DNA from: Acanthaster planci
Lineage: Eukaryota
Direction of reading: 5' to 3'
Length of the DNA stretch: 39,868 nt
Assembly (NCBI RefSeq): GCF_001949145.1
Contig: NW_019091361.1
Span: 2,362,919-2,402,786, forward strand
Below the pieces are notes generated by a model that did no database searches, was not told the origin of the DNA, and saw only the letters and a program-made list of their open reading frames with translations. A program made the translations under genes and the position numbers. Below are positions 13,301-25,300 of the stretch, one piece after another. Position 1 is the first letter of the stretch. Every line of letters starts with the position of its first letter.

Positions 13301-16300
13301 TAGTTGGTTGAAAGAATTTTTAGTATGATTTTACTTTTTCAGTTTTGAATTAATTTCATTTTTGTTTCCTTCTTTTCAAATTTTCCATATTCAAAATTTT
13401 ATTCTATTTAATTCCAGTACCACAAATGCTCTTTTATCCCAATGATTTCTAAAAAAGGAGAACAAAAATTATGACAAACACTGCTTTTCTGCACATGGAA
13501 AAATTCATTATCTGACTTTAAAAAGTTGCACGTTTTGAATTTTTTACATTTCTCCTGAGGTTTAACTGGAGCAGCGACTTTTGAATTAAAAGTATCTTTC
13601 CTGAAGAACGTCCACTAATACAGATGTCATAACCAGACATCGATCAATGATTCCTTAAGGAGGAATTAACTCAGAATGACATTCCCTCAAACCCTCATCA
13701 TCTGTGAACAATTTCTGAGAATGAAATTTTTCAGCACAGGCCATTGTATCTTCACAGATAGATAAGATTGCAATCACTGTTTGATTTTGATAAACGTATT
13801 TTTCGGTATCCAGGATCAAAGTCTCATTTTTCGGTTGGAAGCACTTGATATTCTCTATGGTACTTCAGAAGTCCAACACCTTGTCAGGCAGTAGTGGTGG
13901 TGAATTGCGCCCTCTTGTGCTTGGCCTTATCAAGGTAAGTTAATTCTTGAAAGTGTGATTTGTTGGTAATAATACGCAACTAAAGTGAATGCTGTGTTAG
14001 TATTTTAGAGAAATGAATGAAAGGTTTACTCAAAAATAAATCATGTGTTATTTTTTTTACACAATTTGCATCTATGCAAACCACCATGAACAAGAATGTC
14101 ATCAAAACGTGCAGGTACCAACTGGATGGCCAAGCTATTAATTCACAACAGCAATACACACATTATTTTATGCATTAGATTAATGTTAGTTTTTCCTGCT
14201 AGTTACTGAATCAAAGAAACAAGCGGGCCCTCCAAAGCATCAAAATATTGTCATTTCTGACGGAATGTCATACGATAGCCAGTTTCATTATAAACTCGCT
14301 GTTTATAAAAATACAAATATACAGCATTATTAAAGAATGTGTTAATTTGGGTCACTGGGAAATAACTAAATCTTCAGAAAACCAAACTTTACCTTAGATA
14401 GCCGTCGTTCATGTTGGCACTTCCTAATCGCTCGACCCGCCCTACAGAGTGCTTGCTGCCTGCCGACCCCAGCTCAGGCCTGTGCAGGACGGGCGCCGGT
14501 CCCGAGACCACTGAGAGGTTGAGTGTGGCCGCACCGCCGGATGTGGGGCTCTGGGTGACACGGATCAGGTTGGGGAAGTTGTGGTTGCTACTGGCGCCGC
14601 CGATGTAGATGTTGGGTGGTGTGGCACACATGGCCACCGTCGTGAGATTGGTGGTGCTGTTGACTGCACCGATTCGCGGGTTGTGTCTTGTGTGATTCAT
14701 AGCTGATGAGGATAAGAAATATTAACAAATACATGTAATTATTCTACTCAGGACACATGTACATATTGAATGTTTACCAAAGAAAGGGTACCTAGTCTAT
14801 TTCCATCATACAAGACGCATGCAGGCTTTAACCACTGCAACTTTCAATTTTTTGAATATTTTAGCCACCCTTTCATACCCCACCAAAGAAAAGTATGGTG
14901 GTACAATCTGAAAGCTCAGGCATTATGCCAAATAGCCCTAAATATATGCAAGAGGGTAAATTGGTCTCTAATTTAAAGAGGACAATTTAATTACAAGCAT
15001 TGGCTGTTTGAATCAATTGTATTTGAGTTGTACATACATGTAAAACTTTAATGGCTTCTTTTTCCAAAATTCTGTTGTGTATAATGAAGCTGAAACATGG
15101 ATGTGAAAATCATGGTAGGGAAAGGAAACTACACGTAGCTGAAATGTGATTTACTTCTACATTTTGAATCAGGCAGGCAAAGAAAGACAGTTTCGTTATG
15201 CAAACCCAAAGTTCTGCCTGATGGAATAAACTTCTTGGTATGGGTACTTACAGGGATCTCTTCTTTGATTGGCATTCGCACTGAGTATCCTTCTCTCCTG
15301 AGGGTGGTGCAACACAGCCCCGCTTGCGCAGTCCCCGCACCGCCAATCATTCTGACCCTGCGTGGTGGATGTTATCAACCTGCTGCCCCCGCCTGCGTTG
15401 GCCATGCCTCTACCCTCTGGGTCCAGCAGGTGCGCCAGGTGCTTCCACTCCACCTCGGGCACCACAGTGCTGGCCAGCCGGGCCTCACGACCTCCGGACG
15501 GGTACCCCTTCCTGGGGGCAAAGCGGTACCTCTGCTGGAGGGTGGTGGCGGCGGTGGGATTTGGGTTCTGGCTGAGGGTGGATTGCTGCTGTTGACTGTG
15601 GGTGGGGACGCGGCCATTTTTCGCCAGCACAGACTGCCACTGGCCACTGGTGACGTGGGCAGGAGGGTGGGGCTGCACACGCATGGCCGTTGATGAAGGC
15701 GCTGATATCTAAATGGACAATTGGACGGTGAGAGGGATGGTATTATCGCGGGACTTGAAGGAATTAGTATCAGAAGTATTTGGCTCTCAAGTTAACAGGT
15801 GTTTCTCTACTTTTCTGTTTATTAGTGTCCGTTATTATGTATCAAAAGTTAGTTAACCAAAGTACCAATGATGCTCTGAGCCAAATGTCAATGTGCTGCA
15901 TGACTAATCTGGAGAAACTATGTATTACATGTACATATCATGTTAATGACATTTCCCACCGTTTTACACAAATAGTAAACTTTGATAGACCATAAATGTA
16001 TTTTTCATGCAACTATTATTTCGATCATGTACACTTCTTAAGCCACACTAGAGGGCTAATTTCATGCATACAGATGCACAGCAACATTTATCCTATTCAA
16101 ATTGATGGCAAACATGAAAGAATTACAGCTGCATGCCTTCAACGGATTGCAAACAATTATTCAAACTTTTGAAACATTATGGAAATGAATTTGCTGATAG
16201 TTATTTCCAAAATTTTCTTTGGAATTCTCAATGTTTTTCATACTCTCCAAAATGGTAATTTAATAGTTTTCCACGACATGTGACTTTCCTCAATTTGTCA

Positions 16301-19300
16301 AACCATTTTCATATTTCTCCTGAATTCCTGACATTTTTTTTTTTTTCCTAAACTGTAGGACAAAATAATATGACTTTTCCCCAACTTCCCGACTTTTTTA
16401 AAGGTTATTTTTTCTCACGACTTTCTAGAACCTCCAATCACCTGCTGTGTGAAAGATGAAGGCGGGTTATGAGCAGCATATGGGAGGTTATTGGGGCGTA
16501 GAGCATTGACATCCGGCGGCATGGTGATAGCCATGTGGTCACTGAAGGTCAGCCGGCTACTCTTACCAGACAGGTCCTGGAGCTCATGCTGAAGGAGACA
16601 GCGGGAAAGATGAGGCAAGACAATGATGAAGGTGATTACGGATGAGGAATGGGTAAAGGATGGGTGCAAGAAAGGCGATGAAATTGGTGCAATGATAAAA
16701 ACCACAGCAAGCAGTAACAAAGCAATCTTTCACTGCAGGTGCTTTTAGGCAAGGATGAAAGTGAAGTAGCAGTCAAATTCATCCTATTCTTTCTACTATG
16801 TGGTTTCAAAGACTGCGCTTTGCAACTTGGACAACATACATGTTGGAGAATGATCTCCTCAGTGCTGCAGACAGATAAAGATCCCTGACTGGAAGGAATG
16901 TGAGAAATGCGCTCACTGGACGTTGAATAATAGTGAAAAGGAAACGTTTGGGGTAAATTGGTCATCTGCAAAAGGCCGGTCCTCTGCAAAAGACTAGTCA
17001 TTGTGACTTTACACAGAGGCATGTCAAAGGCTGTGGTGAGTACTGCTGCCTGGAAGACTCAGTCACTGCTACATCCAGACAAAGCCAAAAGTTATCAAAA
17101 AGCATTCTGAACACATGTAAAAGACTGTAACTCCTAATTATTTTTGATACACACTTCCTCTTTGTGTTCCTGATCTGAATGAGTGGTACTGAATTTTTTT
17201 TAAGCAGATGAATATGTGCGAGGTAATGAAGAGGGTAACTATTGAAGAATATCTTAGAAAGTTTTGGTCCTGAATTTGTGAAGTCTATTGAACTGCTACC
17301 ATCAGCTTGAATGGAAAACTTTCATAAGACTTTGATACCTCACTAATTGACTGCAGAGTCTCCACACTATCCTGCTTTTTCATAGCACTATCCAGATCAA
17401 CATCCTCCTCTGTCAGTCCATGGAACACCTGGGATCCCAGGGGTGGGTGTGGCATCAAGCCCTGAGGGGGATGGGGTGTAATCTCCCTAGCTTGTTTATC
17501 ATTCCTTTGCCTAACGTGTACAAAGCGCTTACTCCTGCCTATGCTGTGTACAGTCAGTGGTTCCTGGCAGCCGGCTGGCCAGCATATAACCTTGTATTTG
17601 GACCGAACCCGGCTGTCATGTGAACCCTGGATAATGATCTGAGAGGAGCCTGCCGAGTTGTTGTGGGACCGGCTAGCCTGAGCGGCTATGGCTGAGGGAT
17701 CTTTGACAAATACGTCATTTATCTGGGCCTCATTGTTGGCCAGGTTGATGCTGTATGTGTACACCTCCGACCACTGGGCGCTGGGCTGTCCCAGCTTACG
17801 GGACTCGGCTTGGGGAGGGTGAAGGTTGGAGCGGGGTTTAGGGTTGGTTGACTGGGATCGTAGGCCAGGAGGGGTTTCAAGGTGGAGGAAAGCATTCATC
17901 TGGTGAGCTACTCTACTGGTGCAAAGACGGCGGGTGCAGAGGTGGGAGGGTTTATTGTGTTCTACAAGTGCCTTAGATGTGCAAGGAAGGAAAGGGAAGA
18001 GAGCTAAGTTAAAAGCGTCAAGTTTGGTTAGTAGCAGGCACAGACAGAGAGGGGTTAATCATACATGAATGCTAAATTTCTGAACTGAAAACACCATGCC
18101 AATAATTCAAATGGACTAGCGACAATCTTCACAAGGTTGATTTCATAAGAACATAAAACATGCATTTTATCTTGGACCAAAACAATCTTTTTACAATACT
18201 TTGATTCCTCAATCTACTCAAATTTCAAGAATCAACAACTATTTCAAATGCAAAATGATTTCTGATTTCTTGTGACACACTTTGATATACAGTGGACCGT
18301 CGCTATAACGAACATGACAGGGTTCACACAAAATGTTCAGTGTACCAGTTGTTTGGTACAGTGATTTTCAGTCACGGACACAATTTATAATGTTCGGTAT
18401 AGCAGTGTTTGTTATAGCGAAGTTCCACTGTACATCAAGATTTTCAAATTCAACTGTGTTCCTGCAATAAAATATGCCAAAACAAACAGGCTGGGAACGA
18501 AGTAAAACCAAGCCATGAAATGATCACAACTAAGCCGCTTCGCACACTGCCACACACAGCACACACCTACACCCCCACCCCCACCACCAACGCCAACCCA
18601 ATGACCTACTTACATTAGCCTGTCTCTCGGCATTCTTCATTACCCCAACTGTGCCGGGTGTGCAGTGTAGTAACCTGTAGACGTGTTCCACGACCCCCAA
18701 ACCTCGGACGAGGTTATCGCGCTGGAGCAGAGCGCTGACCCTCTCCAGTTCCTCCTCCTCCAGAATGTCCGTTGGCTCTTTGGTGTTAATAAACTCGTGT
18801 TCTTGCTTGACCTGCAGTGTGCGCAAAGAATATATCACTTGATGTTGCATGTAAGTTGTTAGACATCTGACCCATACTTAGTTTATGAAAAGATGAATAC
18901 ATAAACAGAGGGACCATAGTACACATTTCTTTTGTATTTGTAATAGGTAAATAACCCTTTCGCACCTCAACAGTTTGTTATGATCACTCTGCATTCTCCT
19001 GCCAATTAAAGAAGCAGTCTAATTGTATAAAAGGCACTCAAAATGCAACAATGAAATATAGATGTCCAATTTTAACCCAAAGTTTTACCTCGGTTTGTGA
19101 GTTGGATTGGTTGAGACGTTTTCCGTAGGCTACCCTGGGTATAGTGACTCTACTCCGCCGTTTAACCTTCTCTCTGCCGGGACTTTCTGGTCTAGTCCCT
19201 TCGGGGTCTTTTCTTTCTGTTGGTTTCTTCCTCAGCATCATTTCAAGTTTTTCTTGTTTCAGCCGGAGCTCTTCTCTTTGTTGTCTTTACAAGTAATTAA

Positions 19301-22300
19301 AGAAACATCGAAATTTTCTTTACGGATGGAAAATTGGAAAAGCGTACATCATTTAATAAAAAAGTACAAACGTGGCACAGCAACACACTGATGGGTTCAT
19401 TAGGGAATTTAAGTTCCAAAAAGCCGCCAGTGGATGCCACTTGCAAACAGGGGTTTAAGACATTAACATTAGAAAAGGAGACCAACAGACAGGGAAAGAG
19501 AAAACATATTACAATTTAAAGAAATATTTTGCATATACAACATCTGCATAAATTTGTTGTCCGTGAAAGCTGGATAAACCTCATAAAAACTTAAAATAAA
19601 GGAATAGGGAAGCTAAAGGACTCTGTGCCTAAACTTTTCCATTTGCTGCTTTCAATGAAAAAGTGAAAATCTTTCTCCGATACTTTAACCTGTATTGATA
19701 ACACTCATTTTATTTCAGAAAAAAAAAAACATGTAGCTATTATATAAGCTGGTTTTAGTAAACAAAATAAAACATTATCAAAACTGACGAAGAGTTTCTT
19801 CTAAATCTTACCTGGCGCATTCTCCCCTGGCTTTGGAGGCAGCTGTTTCTTGGAACAGAGAGCCGCTATGCTGGAAGTATCTGTCATATTTCTCACTACC
19901 TTCTCTGGGATAAATCCTAGTGAAACCGCCTATGTGTTCGTCTTCATATTTGATCAGAGTGTCTTGAATTGTCGCCAATGACTCAAGAGATTCCTCTTTC
20001 CTATTCCAAGGAAATGAAAAACAAATTTAAAGTACAACAGAACTATGGGTAATTCTAGATATTAGGAGTACAAAAGTGTGACATTTTTGTGCCCCTGTTA
20101 CATCTGACCTTTGTTATTTGACATGGAAACCTCACCGGAATGGATTTCAAACTATTACTATTTGTTTGGCAGGTAATTTGCATTAATTTATCAATCTTGG
20201 AAATTAGAAAGTACGTTCTGAACTTGTAAAATCATACAGGATCACCAAAAAATGGACCCCTAATTTCTGGAATTACCGCTATACAATGAAAAAAGCTTCA
20301 AAGAAAGTCATTTATTCACAAGTCACAAATAGCTAAAGAGAGAAGTCTTGACTAATGCTCATGCACCGTACACTTGACAGTTTGATGGAAGTTTTGCAAA
20401 AGTTTTAGCGCTCAACATCTTTGTACAGCCCGTGACAATTTAATTTTTTCTCTGTATCATGTCAATGTGACACAAACTAAGCACAGCCAATAGGATGCAG
20501 CAAAGGTATATTTTATTTTGGTACTGAAAAGACACGGCAGGCTTACTTGGGTTCTTTCTTGCCCCTATGAAGCAGTCTGTCCTTGACTCGCCTCCTCTCC
20601 TCCTCCAGACACTTCTTGCGATCAAACGGCGTCAGATTGATAATGTTCATGGTGTCAAAGAGGAGTCCCTCCTTCACCTCTTTGTCCAATCTGTGATCGG
20701 TGTGAAAACTGGGGGATAGGTTCACCTGGAAAGGAATTACAAGAACAATTTAGAAAATGTGCAAAAAAGATTTAACAATCCAGAAAAGGGGAGGAATATG
20801 TTGGGTTGACTGTTTAAACAATTGTTCAGTTTCACCACTTTTGCTGGTGCTCAACTGCATGGGAGGCAAATGAAAATACAACTGGCTTCAAGAAAAGACA
20901 ATTTACGTCATAATCTCTTGTAGTAAAAATTAAAATTCGCATGGTGTGATCTAAACTTCTGTGTATTTAACAGGTAACAGAGGTAGTCAATATGAGATGA
21001 AAAATGCAACCAGCATTTGAATGTTTCATGGCTGATCCTATTTTAAAATAATGAGTTTTCTGAATTTTGCACATCCCACAGCAAGATGCCTAAAAAATTC
21101 AAGTTCAATTGAATATCAGCCAACATCTACCAAGACTAACCTCCAGCAGCCAAGCCTTTAGCTTCTTGTCCAGCATGATGTCAAAGCCCAGCACCTCAAA
21201 GCAGCTGCTGCCCTTGTTGTTGTTGATGTTGGAAAAGCAGGAGCGGTAATTGTGCTTGAGGATGGGATGGGCCGAGATGAGCGTCTTGATGATCACGTCG
21301 TACATCTCCTCCCAGATGGCTTCCGAGTCGTAGCCGTTGTCATCAAACCATCTTTGCAAGGTGCTCAAACGTCTGGACGAGATTGAAGGGAAACATGGGA
21401 AGGTCTGGTGTCACATTTGATTTTACTGAAAGAGGATTGGTCATCAACCGATGGTTGGAAACAGCACCTGTAACAAACGTCCTGTCACACACTGTGCTCC
21501 AGAATTATTATTTACACAGTTGCAGCCAGAGAAGATCTAGATGACTAGATACAAGCACGACTCAGAATGTGCATTTTTCTCAAATGGAAACGGTGTTGCA
21601 TGGATGCTGTTTAACAAGCGTTACTACAAAATTTGAACCATCTTGGAACATGGTCAGTTTAAATCGGAAATGCACCATGTTCCCAGAAGCACTTTTAATT
21701 TGTGGGTTTTCTCCCCAGTGATCTGACCGGATGAGAATTTGAACACTGGATTCACCAACTCATACAAATGCTCACCTTTTACTGCCTTTTTCCTCATCTC
21801 TGATGAAGTCAGCACTGTGTTTGTTGATGGCGTAATTTGTTAAATGCATATAGACGTCATCCTGTAACAAAGAACCTCATGGTTGTTTCAAGGCAATTTC
21901 AAAGAGATGGTCAATTAGTGACATCAGAACAAGTCACTGCAGATGTTCTTGTATGTCATTATATGAGTACAGTCAAACTCTGATAATGCGAGAACTTTCA
22001 ATACAATGTTCTGCTTATCACAAGGAAAATTTCAAGTCCCAAGTCTTTGTATTCTTTGCATTCCAAGACTAATAATAACGGATTCACATTAGAAAAAAAA
22101 AGGGAACCTGTACAGTCTCAAGGACCTTGTTGTAAAGGTGTTCGATTGTACATGTACTTGACACTTCCATAATCCATTCATACATCAAGTCTTATCCGAT
22201 TTTAAATGAATACTTTGCCTTTAGTTTTTACTTTGCGGGATTCATTTATTTATGTATTTAGTTACCCTGGAGAGACCTCTCAGGGGTGCCCAGCAATTAA

Positions 22301-25300
22301 AAATCATTAAAAACAGTAAATATGTACAATGATATTAAAAAAAGTAAACAACAAGATAGCAAATGTTCATCTTTGATCCTGACATCCTATGACTTGTAAC
22401 AATTCCCAAGTCAGCCAAAACACTAATCCCCGTAACAAGTATGCCTGGTGGTAGCTGGGCCCTCATTACAACATTTGTCAAATCAAGCAAACTTTAAGTG
22501 TTGGATTTCAGGGATTTCAGGTTGGATTATGGGGAAGTTGCGACGTGTTGAGCTACCCACCAAATTGCTGTTAGTTGGCTCTGTGTATTTAACCGTAGCA
22601 AACCGAGCCAGTCCATCCTTGTAGACGTACACCCTGAGGGGATCGCATGATGTCACTACAACGTAGACGCGAAGATCCACCTTAAACCCATCAATCAAGA
22701 ACGGCTGCCAAAAAAACCCAAAATTAAATCAAGTGTTTACAATGAACTTGTTTTTCAGTATGATTCAACAAAAGCTCTTTATTCATTTTTTTTAAAAACG
22801 GCACTTAAAGGTGCGATGGTTCAGTTATACACTTGAGCTTCTGACCAATTGCAGACCTACATCTTGAGACATTAGGGATAAATCATGGACCATGTGATGG
22901 GTCTGAAACCAGGTGGTCCATCTCTCTGATACAACGTTTAGCTAGAGGAGTAGGTACATGTATGCGGGCTTCTTTTGGAAAACCTAGGCCAATTCAGACT
23001 CCCTGTTATACGCAAAACCATAGAACCTCATCTACCTGAAAGCCCTGTTTTTAAGTCACATTTGGACACTCAATTTTCGAAAATATAATATAACATTGAA
23101 AACATCTCAAAATGAATCTCTGAAAAAAGTGAAGCACATCAACTCCAGAATCACTATACCATTGTCAGATGCAAAATTTGCCACCCCAATCTGACATTAT
23201 AAAGAAGAGGGGAGTTTCCAAATGATCTTCATCTTGACTTAAATATTCAGCTTCATTAATTTAATCCTCTGCATTGCGACCGTCCGACTCCATGCCGCTT
23301 CTTTTCCAGCTAGACACTTCAAAATTCAAAACTACAAGGCCAAAGTTTTCAGTGTTTTCATATACAGTAGTTTCAACAGTAACTGAGTGTGATTTCGGAG
23401 CTTTCCATAGAGAGCCAAAAGGAAACTAAGGCCAACGTTTGGATAATGGCCACAACACTGAGCCCTACCTTCGTCAGGTACTGTTGGCACACCATGTGCT
23501 CTCCTGGCTTGATGTCTTTGGGGTTCTTTGTGATGGCAATGCCCTTGCCCTGGCATCCGCTCTCTGGCTTAGTGATGTAAGTCTTGTTCTTTTTGGTTCG
23601 ACAGAAGGCTTGGAAATCACCGTAGCTGGAATAAAAAACATTTAAACCACCACATAAATCACTCCATCATATAATTTCCATGTGGAACAATTTAAAGGGC
23701 ATATGAATAACAGTAACTGTCGTGATGATTTCAGGACAGCAGGAACTACTTTTGAAATTCTGCGAACTAAACCACACCATTCATTTCTTTTGACAAAATT
23801 CTCTTAATAATGGCTTAAAAATGGCTGATCATTTTTGACTCAAATTATCAACATTACAAACCTCTAATTCCACTAAAGATTTTCTAGAATTATTAACCAA
23901 ACTGTGAGGGTCATTTGACTCAAACATTATAAATGCCAAGCAAATATGAATTTCTGAAAGAACAAATGCTCCAGTGGGCAGACCCTTTGAAATTCAAAGA
24001 ATCTTCAAACAGTTTGTCCACATACTCTGCAGGAAGCACCCAAGTGCGGGGGAAGATGGCATATTCCTTTGGAAACAACTTGAGCATTCTGGTCAGGTTC
24101 CGTCCCAGCAAATCCTTCCGACAGATCTCACCCATACCAGGGAAGTGGTTCACTTTCTGCTCAGATACAGAGAAATTACCACAAATTCAGAATCTTGTTA
24201 ATGGAAACACACCTCTCAAAACAGAATACACCAAAGCATCAAGTATTAAGCTCGATTATAAACATCTGTGCAATGAGAATCTCATTTTAAAAAATTTACA
24301 GCTGACAAATTGCCTACAACCAATTCAATAACCCAGACACTTTATCAAACACTTTCCATTCTTAAATGGGCAATTTGATTTGCTAACTTGGACAAAAGTG
24401 TTTCACAGTATGGTTCTTCATGGGCAAGGATTTTCCTACCAACACTTGTTTGTTTCAAGACCTTGCTGAAAATTTTCAGATGCCCTCTGAAGCAGTGCAG
24501 TGTAGCTGCCATCCCATCCGTTACGAAGTGTTAGTCCAGTAGAAAAGGGTCTTTTAACAATGTTCCAAATACTCTCGACCATTCCTGCCATCTTACCTGG
24601 AATCTCTTCATTTCCATGACCCTTTCCAAAGACACCGTGCAGTCAGTCCACAACAGGTCCAGTCCTCATCATCAGTTACCTCCTTCATGCCAAACTTCCT
24701 GGCCATACGCTTGACTATAAAAATGCAAACAAATGCAAATACTTTGCACAAACTGCACAGTACAAATGAAACATGTGACTGGTGCACACCGCACAGGTGT
24801 TTGTAAGTAGTAATGAGTGCTACTGAAGGAAACAAAATGATTGCAGGTGTTTCAACTGGAAGAATCTAACAAGAATAAGCATGAAAGTGTTTTCCCCAAC
24901 TGATACATGTACCAATATAAACACACAGTTTTGTACATAACTTAATGACAACAATATGTGTGTGTGTGTGAAACATACTTCAGAGAAATTGTATTAATAA
25001 GATTGATGAAGATGAAATTTTAGACTTACCCGAATCATATTTGCAACCACTTAAGTTTATGCCAATAAACCTATACATGAAGGAAAGAGTGAAAATAAAG
25101 CAATTCATTAATATCAAAAAGTTAGACAAAGGAGCAGTGACTGCACATAATTAAAGAAATTATTTACTATATTCATGAAAGCTAGTTTTCTTAAAACAAA
25201 GCACTCACTGATTAAAATAAGTATGGGCTCTGCTCCCACAGTAAAATGATTTGTGGGTTTGAACATTCTTGAATATAGCAGGGAAAGAGCCTCACAAGTC

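Noticed and set aside
15235..15693. Plus-strand ORFs overlapping TTLL exons (also 25317-25712 and 23933-24331)
   Set aside because: Antisense shadows of coding exons with no independent splice or homology support.
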